Positions 55,234-61,102 of a DNA stretch of 61,102 nt are shown here, piece by piece. The stretch spans positions 148,268-209,369 of the forward strand of contig CAZOQP010000002.1 of the NCBI GenBank assembly GCA_964582295.1. The letters are read 5' to 3'. Each line of letters starts with the position of its first letter. The first letter of the stretch is position 1. The stretch is from an uncultured Candidatus Saccharibacteria bacterium (GTDB taxonomy: Bacteria; Patescibacteriota; Minisyncoccia; Phycocordibacterales; Zambryskibacteraceae). The notes under the pieces are model-generated. The model was not told the origin of the DNA. It did no database searches and was given only the letters and a program-made list of their open reading frames with translations. The position numbers were made by a program, and so were the translations under genes.

Positions 55234-56389
55234 TTTGGGCTCTAGCACTGTAAAGGTGGTGGTAGCTGAAAGGGGCAACTCCGCCCCGCGTATTCTTGCG
55301 ACAGGTGTGGCGGAATCAAAAGGCCTGCGGCATGGCTACGTGGTGAATTCTGCGGAAGCGGCGCGCGCGGTGAAAATGGCAAAAGAGATGGCGGAGAAAC
55401 AGTCCGGCATCCGCATAGAATCAGCCATTGTATCTGTGGGAGGTGTCGGCCTTTCAGGTATCACATCTTCAGGCACCGCAACCATCACAAGACAGGATGA
55501 CGAAATACACGAAGGAGATATTGAAGAAGCTCTGCGCGCCGCCGAAAATGCCATTCCTAAAAGCGAGATAAAGAACCGCCGCATCCTTTACAACATCCCA
55601 ACCGAATACATTATTGATAAAAAACCTGTTTTCGGAAAAGTGCTCGGCATGAGAGGTAGCGAACTGACAGTGAAAGCTCTTTTCATAACCTGTCTCGAAA
55701 GCCATGTGAAAGAACTAGTGGAAACACTTGCCGAAGCCGGCATTGAAACTTTGGATGTATGTGCTGCACCCATTGCCGCAAGCTTCGTAACACTTACCAA
55801 ATCCCAGAAGATCGCCGGCTGCATTTTGGTAAACATTGGCTCAGAAACCACATCTGTCGCCGTGTTTGAAAATAATCTTCCACTTTCTCTTGAAGTTTTT
55901 CCCATGGGCTCTGTTGATATCACACACGCCCTTGCTTTGGGTCTTAAAATATCTCTTGAAGAGGCCGAGATGGTGAAGCGCGGCGGCATTACGAACGATG
56001 ATTATCCGCGTCGGAAACTGGACGACATTATCACTTCGCGCATGGGAGATATTTTTGATCTCGTGGAAGCGCATCTCAAGAAAACAGGCCGTGCCGGCCT
56101 TTTACCTGCAGGTGTAGTGGTAGTCGGTGGTGGAGCAAACTTTGCAACAATTGAGGATTTTGCGCGCGCCGCTCTTCGCCTTCCATCGCGTATCGCACAT
56201 ATTGAACTTGGCCACCGGGATAGAACTATCCGTGATTCTTCGTGGGCTGTTGCTTATGGACTTTGCTATCTCGGACTTGAATCCGATGATGACTTTCCTC
56301 TTTCACTTGCTTCACTTTCAGGAATGCTTAAAAAGCGAGGAAAACTTGAAGCTATCGCCAAAAATTGGTTTTCTAAATTCATACCCTGA
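55205..56389 (+). CDS. ftsA: Cell division protein FtsA
   Basis: GIDLGSS, S.GLRHG.V, LVNIGSETT, VVVGGGANF. Confidence 0.93.
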   Translation: MARNIAVGIDLGSSTVKVVVAERGNSAPRILATGVAESKGLRHGYVVNSAEAARAVKMAKEMAEKQSGIRIESAIVSVGGVGLSGITSSGTATITRQDDEIHEGDIEEALRAAENAIPKSEIKNRRILYNIPTEYIIDKKPVFGKVLGMRGSELTVKALFITCLESHVKELVETLAEAGIETLDVCAAPIAASFVTLTKSQKIAGCILVNIGSETTSVAVFENNLPLSLEVFPMGSVDITHALALGLKISLEEAEMVKRGGITNDDYPRRKLDDIITSRMGDIFDLVEAHLKKTGRAGLLPAGVVVVGGGANFATIEDFARAALRLPSRIAHIELGHRDRTIRDSSWAVAYGLCYLGLESDDDFPLSLASLSGMLKKRGKLEAIAKNWFSKFIP

Positions 56390-56394
56390 AGACG

Positions 56395-56486
56395 TCACTC
56401 AGATAACACCCTTTTTCAAACAGTTGCCGCTTCGGTGTTTACGAAATCACCTCCCGCGTGTGTGAAAAAGGGTGTTATCTTCGCTC
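56395..56486 (-). repeat. GAGCGA-flanked palindromic element 4
   Basis: 18-bp arms AGATAACACCCTTTTTCA/TGAAAAAGGGTGTTATCT; minus-strand flanks GAGCGA and GAGTGA. Confidence 0.75.
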
Positions 56487-56509
56487 CTTAAGTATTAGAA
56501 CTTAACTTA

Positions 56510-56687
56510 AAGCGAGCAGTACGGAGTTTTTCAAACTAGAGTTAATTTAGAGCGAGGGGTGATGACGAAAAGAGGCTGTGCAGCGCGACGGCGCGAGGGT
56601 GAGCAAAAAATCAGCAGATTTTTATGCGTACTCTTTTCGTCATCACCCCGAGCGAATGCTGTTTGAAAAACTCCGTACTGCGAGCGA
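56510..56687 (+). repeat. GAGCGA-flanked palindromic element 5 (outer)
   Basis: AAGCGA-GCAGTACGGAGTTTTTCAAAC...GTTTGAAAAACTCCGTACTGC-GAGCGA, perfect 21-bp arms. Confidence 0.8.
56550..56655 (+). repeat. GAGCGA-flanked palindromic element 6 (nested in element 5)
   Basis: Same 19-bp arms and GCAGATTTTTATGCGTA core as 27350-27473. Confidence 0.85.
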
Positions 56688-56775
56688 AATTTACAGCACA
56701 AAAAAGGTAAAAATCAAGGAGTTGCGCGGTTTTTAGGTTTAAGTAGTATGGGCGGCAATTAATAAAGAAAATCAA

Positions 56776-57948
56776 ATGCCGCAAATCAAACCAGACGTGG
56801 AATCGTTCGCTCGCATTAAGGTCATCGGAGTAGGCGGATCAGGCCGAAATGCCTTGAACCATATGGTCAATTCCAAGGTGAAAGGGGTTGATTTCATAGC
56901 GGTTAATACGGACGCCCAGGACCTTCATCATTCAACTGCCAAGAAGAAGATACACATCGGCAAGAACCTCACCCGAGGCCTCGGCACCGGTATGGACCCA
57001 GAGCTCGGAAAAAGAGCGGTTGACGAAACCAAGGAGGAAATCCAGGAAGCCGTCAAAGGCGCGGATATGGTCTTCATCGCCTGCGGCATGGGCGGAGGCA
57101 CCGGAACCGGAGCGGCTCCCGCTATAGCTCGCACAGCTCGCGAGGCAGGATGCCTTACTGTAGGTGTAGTTACAAAGCCCTTCTCTTTTGAAGGTATCCA
57201 GAGAATGCGCATTGCCGAAGTCGGATTGGAAGAACTTCGCGATTCAGTGGACGCTCTCATAGTGATACCGAACGACCGTCTTCTCGCTGCAATAGATAAG
57301 GACACTACCGCTAAAAGCGCATTCGCAATGTGCGACGACATTTTGAAACAGGCCGTGGAAGGAATTTCAGATCTCATCACCACCCCCGGTATCATCAACA
57401 TTGACTTCGCGGATATCAAAGCCATCCTTGAAAGCGCAGGGCCGGCCCTTATGGGTATCGGGCATGCTTCAGGCGACAACCGTGCAGTGGATGCAGCGCG
57501 TCTCGCTATCAATTCCCCGCTTTTAGAGGTTTCCATTGCAGGAGCAAAGGGTGTCCTCTTCTCAATTTCAGGAAACGACGACCTCACTATGTTTGAGATA
57601 CAGGATGCGGCTAAGGTCATCACCGAGTCGGTTGACCCGAACGCCAAGATCATCTTCGGAACTGTGAAGGACGAGAAACTGAAGAAGAACGAATTGAAGA
57701 TAACCGTCATTGCTTCGGGTTTTCCTGAAGGTACGGTTCGCAAAGAGATAATGAGCACAGCCGCTGACCGTGGAAAAATATTCAACATCGTTGAAACTGT
57801 AAAGAACGATAGGAAAGAAGAGGAAAAGAAAAATAATAAAGAAGAAAAAGAAATGAAGACGGAGCCGGTTCCTCCAGTAAAGAAAGATGACGATGACGAC
57901 AGGTGGGATGCGGTACCTTCGTTTTTGAGACGTTCACGACTTAAATAG
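56776..57948 (+). CDS. ftsZ: Cell division protein FtsZ
   Basis: IKVIGVGGSG, GMGGGTGTG tubulin signature, NIDFAD, C-terminal VPSFLR. Confidence 0.98.
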   Translation: MPQIKPDVESFARIKVIGVGGSGRNALNHMVNSKVKGVDFIAVNTDAQDLHHSTAKKKIHIGKNLTRGLGTGMDPELGKRAVDETKEEIQEAVKGADMVFIACGMGGGTGTGAAPAIARTAREAGCLTVGVVTKPFSFEGIQRMRIAEVGLEELRDSVDALIVIPNDRLLAAIDKDTTAKSAFAMCDDILKQAVEGISDLITTPGIINIDFADIKAILESAGPALMGIGHASGDNRAVDAARLAINSPLLEVSIAGAKGVLFSISGNDDLTMFEIQDAAKVITESVDPNAKIIFGTVKDEKLKKNELKITVIASGFPEGTVRKEIMSTAADRGKIFNIVETVKNDRKEEEKKNNKEEKEMKTEPVPPVKKDDDDDRWDAVPSFLRRSRLK

Positions 57949-57965
57949 TTAAACCACCATAAAGT

Positions 57966-58005
57966 GTCCACAAAAAATAGCGATATATCGCTATTTTTTG
58001 TGGAC
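57966..58005. repeat. Loopless palindrome (CACAAAAAAT family)
   Basis: GTCCACAAAAAATAGCGATATATCGCTATTTTTTGTGGAC, perfect 40 bp. Confidence 0.8.
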
Positions 58006-58071
58006 TTGACTTTTGGGTCAAAAATATCGTATACTATTAGCAGAACCTCCCACATCAACCAGGAGAGTCCA

Positions 58072-58503
58072 GTGCAAAGCCTTTTGAGAATGACCACCCT
58101 GTTTATGGCCGTCCCAGCATTTACGTTCTGGGTCGCCTCGGCATTTCCGATTAAGGGTTCCCTTGTTGTCACCTTTACAGCGATTGCCGGTATCGTGACC
58201 CTGATCAAAGCTTTTCTATGGGCCAACGGGCGGGACCAGATACTTGAAGAGCTAATGGCGAGAGAACCACGTTATCTTCGTACCTGGATAATGGCTCTCC
58301 TCCTGACTCCTGTTGTGTGGAGCGTCCTCATGTTGGCGAGTGTTGTAGGGGTACTTCCATTTGGGGCAACGTATGTGGTGATCGGCATCGGAGTGGTAGT
58401 AGGCGCCCATCGCTTGTACATGGGAAGGCCCGGAATCGGAAGGACCCGCTTTCGCTCACGTTCACGTTCACAGCCGAAATTCCGGCACGGGATATCTGGC
58501 TGA
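58072..58503 (+). CDS. Small multi-TM membrane protein
   Basis: GTG 58072 with SD AGGAG; promoter TTGACT-N18-TATACT; 4 hydrophobic segments; 16-bp hairpin downstream. Confidence 0.65.
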   Translation: MQSLLRMTTLFMAVPAFTFWVASAFPIKGSLVVTFTAIAGIVTLIKAFLWANGRDQILEELMAREPRYLRTWIMALLLTPVVWSVLMLASVVGVLPFGATYVVIGIGVVVGAHRLYMGRPGIGRTRFRSRSRSQPKFRHGISG

Positions 58504-58595
58504 ACCATGAAGTATCACAATAGAGCCGTCGCGCAAAGCGCGACGGCTCTATTTCATTTTCCGTTTTTTATACTTTTCTGATACTCTTACTCGTT

Positions 58596-59531
58596 ATGGA
58601 ATATGAACTCGCGATCATAGGCGGAGGGCCGGCAGGAGTTTCCGCAGCCGTATATGCGGCCCGCAAAAAATTAAAGACTATTTTCATCACCGAATCATTC
58701 GGTGGGCAGAGCTATGATTCCGAGGATATACAGAACTGGATAGGAACACCACATATTTCAGGTCACGATCTTGCAGAAGCTTTTGAAAAACACGTGCGCG
58801 AATATGCTGGCGGAACGGTGGAGATCACTCTTGGAGAAAGAGTAACTTCAATAAAAAAAGAGGGTGGCATTTTTAAGATCACTGTAGGCGGCACTGTGCA
58901 CGAAGCTAAAACCATTCTTATATCAACCGGCTCCTCGCGCCGTAAATTGGATATACCGGGTGCTGCGGAATTTGAGAACAAAGGCATCACTTATTGCGCG
59001 TCCTGCGACGGGCCTGTGTTCGCCGGAAAAAATGTAGCCGTTATAGGAGGCGGCAATGCCGGATTTGAAACAGCCGCCCAGCTCCTGGCTTACTGCCCTT
59101 CCGTTACGCTTCTTCAACACGGAGAGCGTTTCAAAGCGGATGAAATGACAGTTGAAGCTGTTTTGAAACATCCAAACATGAAAACTGTTTTGAATGCCGA
59201 CCCGATTGAAATAAAAGGAGATAAATTCGTGAACACTCTCGTGTATCGAGACCCAACAGGCAATCACGAGCTGCCAGTTGAAGGAGTTTTTGTAGAAATA
59301 GGCCTTCTCCCCAACACGGAGATTGTGAACGGATTAGTTGATCGCGATACATACAACCGCATTAAAATAGACCCGCGTACCCAAAAAACTTCCCTACCTG
59401 GCATATGGGCAGCCGGAGACGTGAGCGATGTCATTTACCACCAGAACAACATTGCCTCTGGCGACGGTGTACGAGCTCTGGAAGATATTTATATACACAT
59501 CCGCGCAGGCGGCTCCCCAGACATGCGTTAA
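58596..59531 (+). CDS. trxB: Thioredoxin reductase-like FAD oxidoreductase
   Basis: IIGGGPAG, YCASCDG, VIGGGNAG, WAAGD. Confidence 0.9.
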   Translation: MEYELAIIGGGPAGVSAAVYAARKKLKTIFITESFGGQSYDSEDIQNWIGTPHISGHDLAEAFEKHVREYAGGTVEITLGERVTSIKKEGGIFKITVGGTVHEAKTILISTGSSRRKLDIPGAAEFENKGITYCASCDGPVFAGKNVAVIGGGNAGFETAAQLLAYCPSVTLLQHGERFKADEMTVEAVLKHPNMKTVLNADPIEIKGDKFVNTLVYRDPTGNHELPVEGVFVEIGLLPNTEIVNGLVDRDTYNRIKIDPRTQKTSLPGIWAAGDVSDVIYHQNNIASGDGVRALEDIYIHIRAGGSPDMR

Positions 59532-59575
59532 TTTTCTATTCTGATGTTCGTACGAACATCAGAATAGAAAATTAA
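59528..59575. repeat. Loopless palindrome, family B copy 2
   Basis: TTAATTTTCTATTCTGATGTTCGTACGAACATCAGAATAGAAAATTAA, perfect 48 bp. Confidence 0.85.
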
Positions 59576-59629
59576 TAAGAAAACGCGCGGCCAGGAAAAT
59601 CCTGTCCGCGCGTTGTTTTTCTCACTTAC

Positions 59630-60631
59630 TTACTGACCGAACCTTCGTATGAGGTAAGACATTGTGTCCCAACTCATGCCGTTTGGACTATTCACTGGCC
59701 CATCCGACTTCTTTCCGTCGTCGCCAATGCATATACCATTACAATCGTCGCTATTGGCCCAGATGATGGCCGCCCCGATCAGCAGAGCTCCAACTACTAT
59801 AGCCAACCCCGTACGATCTTTTTTTACCGTTGCATGGTTACTACGCTTCTTGGAGCTACCTGTGGAATGTTTAGCAGCACTGTCTTCCACCTCCTTTTTC
59901 ACCCCTGCCGCACCGCCGGACACTTTGATATTCAGTGAGTCCAGAAAGCGGTGAAGTACGACGAGCGAGTCCGTACGACCTGTCACAGGCACTTGGACCG
60001 TACGCGGAGCGTCAACAAGAACCTCGGAGGTCCTTACTGCAGCATCTCTTGCGAGAAGCTCAGTATTGTTGACAGCGTTCCCACAAAGGAGCGAGAGTAT
60101 ATTCAATCCGGAGTTATTCTCCCGGAGGAACATCTCTTTCTGGCGACAAGTGCGGCGATAATTCATTCCAACCTTCCGCGAGATCTCCATGATGTACGAC
60201 AGTTCCACAGGAGTACCTGCCGCACATTCCACTTCTTCAAGCGTCCCGAGCCATTTCGCAAATTCTGCGCATGAAGAGAACTTGAAATTAGAGCCCTCCA
60301 GCACAGCCCCCATGAACTGCTCGGGTGTGCCCCGGCGAACAGACCAATTCCGCTTGCAAACGTTTTCCACAAGATCGGTTTTGGAAACTTCGCGCGTAAA
60401 TATGGCACGCGCGCGATCCTGCAGGGAGTCGGTGGGAGATGTCTTCTTTGCTGTATCACTTCTGGCAGTGTCTGCCAGGCGCTGTACTGAATCGGTAACC
60501 ACTTTGCAGTTCCGACGCAGCTGGTCCATTGCGCTACATGGCCGCGTAGCGGGCGGGGTTTGGCTTTGGGCGGCTCCTGTAAAGACCAGTGCCAGCCCCA
60601 GAGCCGCAGAAACCAGGAAACTGAAACGCAC
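59630..60631 (-). CDS. Secreted Cys-containing protein with C-terminal TM anchor
   Basis: Signal peptide, about 10 Cys, C-terminal LAIVVGALLIGAAIIWA; SD AGGAG. Confidence 0.75.
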   Translation of the reverse strand: MRFSFLVSAALGLALVFTGAAQSQTPPATRPCSAMDQLRRNCKVVTDSVQRLADTARSDTAKKTSPTDSLQDRARAIFTREVSKTDLVENVCKRNWSVRRGTPEQFMGAVLEGSNFKFSSCAEFAKWLGTLEEVECAAGTPVELSYIMEISRKVGMNYRRTCRQKEMFLRENNSGLNILSLLCGNAVNNTELLARDAAVRTSEVLVDAPRTVQVPVTGRTDSLVVLHRFLDSLNIKVSGGAAGVKKEVEDSAAKHSTGSSKKRSNHATVKKDRTGLAIVVGALLIGAAIIWANSDDCNGICIGDDGKKSDGPVNSPNGMSWDTMSYLIRRFGQ

Positions 60632-60743
60632 TTTGAGCTCCTTTCAGATTGTGAGAAATTTTCAGATGTACTTCTATCCTTTTTGGATTCTATCACATAT
60701 GACGGAAAAGTAAAGATGAGCTTACATAAGCACTTTAAGCGAG

Positions 60744-60816
60744 TGCGCGGTAGAGGACTTGAACCTCTGGCCCTCTCAACGTCAATGAGATGCTCTACCA
60801 ACTGAGCTAACCGCGC
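60744..60816 (-). tRNA. tRNA-Val(GAC)
   Basis: GCGCGGT/ACCGCGC, TCTCA-TTGACGT-TGAGA. Confidence 0.95.
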
Positions 60817-60834
60817 GGCATTTTTATCACACGG

Positions 60835-60921
60835 CGGAGGGGAAGAGATTTGAACTCTTGATACCCTTTCGGGTATGCCGGTTTTCGAAACCGGTGCCTT
60901 CAACCACTCAGCCACCCCTCC
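60835..60921 (-). tRNA. tRNA-Ser(CGA)
   Basis: GGAGGGG/CCCCTCC, CCGGT-TTCGAAA-ACCGG, long variable arm. Confidence 0.95.
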
Positions 60922-60978
60922 AATATCGTCGCCAATCCTAGCATTTTGGCCCAAAAATGCTATATTTTGGCCTATTAA

Positions 60979-61050
60979 GGCCCTATCGTCTATCGGTTAG
61001 GACACGAGCTTTTCAAGCTCGGAAGCAGGGTTCGACTCCCTGTAGGGTCA
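60979..61050 (+). tRNA. tRNA-Glu(TTC)
   Basis: GGCCCTA/TAGGGTC, CGAGC-TTTTCAA-GCTCG. Confidence 0.95.
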
Positions 61051-61102
61051 CAAAACGCGAGTTCAAGAAAAGCGCACTGCTGCGCTTTTCTGCGTTTTGT
61101 GA
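61048..61102 (+). mobile_element. Start of a third tRNA 3'-anchored element (truncated by the window)
   Basis: TCACAAAACGC/GCGTTTTGTGA arms around GAAAAGCGCA-CTGC-TGCGCTTTTC; same CTGC-loop hairpin as after tRNA-Leu(TAG). Confidence 0.45.

Noticed and set aside
58006-58021. TTGAC-N6-GTCAA as a repressor operator
   Set aside because: It is a single short dyad overlapping a -35 box, with no second copy or regulator in the window.
56928-58226. 432-aa antisense ORF over ftsZ, and similar shadows over dnaX, clpB, gyrA and the HisRS-like gene
   Set aside because: These are antisense frames of conserved genes with no motifs of their own; they arise from codon bias.
1-61102. Alternative genetic code (TGA=Gly, code 25)
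   Set aside because: Conserved genes are full length under code 11, and several end in TGA at the expected position (dus, ftsA, infB-upstream gene).

Overview
Chromosomal segment of a small-genome bacterium, most likely Patescibacteria/CPR (Parcubacteria-like); this placement is inferred from gene content and no search was run. Supporting signs are a short IF-2, a short S1, a DnaX without the Zn module, a tandem TrbC/VirB2-like pilin array and a HisRS-like paralog in a lepB-rpsU-ybeY-ftsA-ftsZ cluster. The genetic code is standard (11). The window holds about 60 CDS (dnaX, serS, dprA-topA, parB, miaA, alr, clpB, infB-rbfA, gyrA, rpsA, pth, ftsQ/A/Z, trxB) and 11 tRNAs, with no recognisable integrase, transposase, RT, Cas gene or CRISPR array. 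The most striking signals are non-coding. (1) Three tRNAs (Trp, Leu-TAG, Glu) are followed by elements that fold back on their own tRNA 3' end; the two complete ones (158-176 bp) carry an inverted copy of that tRNA's T-arm and end in a direct copy of its 3' end, while the Glu one is cut by the window edge. (2) Six long palindromic elements have different stems but the same GAGCGA-like direct flanks, and one is nested inside another between ftsA and ftsZ. (3) Several promoter- and terminator-bounded structured RNAs surround dusB, including a 330-620 nt RNA rich in GNRA/UUCG loops. (4) Many core genes look leaderless (extended -10 just upstream of the start codon), whereas singleton ORFans have their own promoters and SD sites. 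(5) There are several families of loopless intergenic palindromes.
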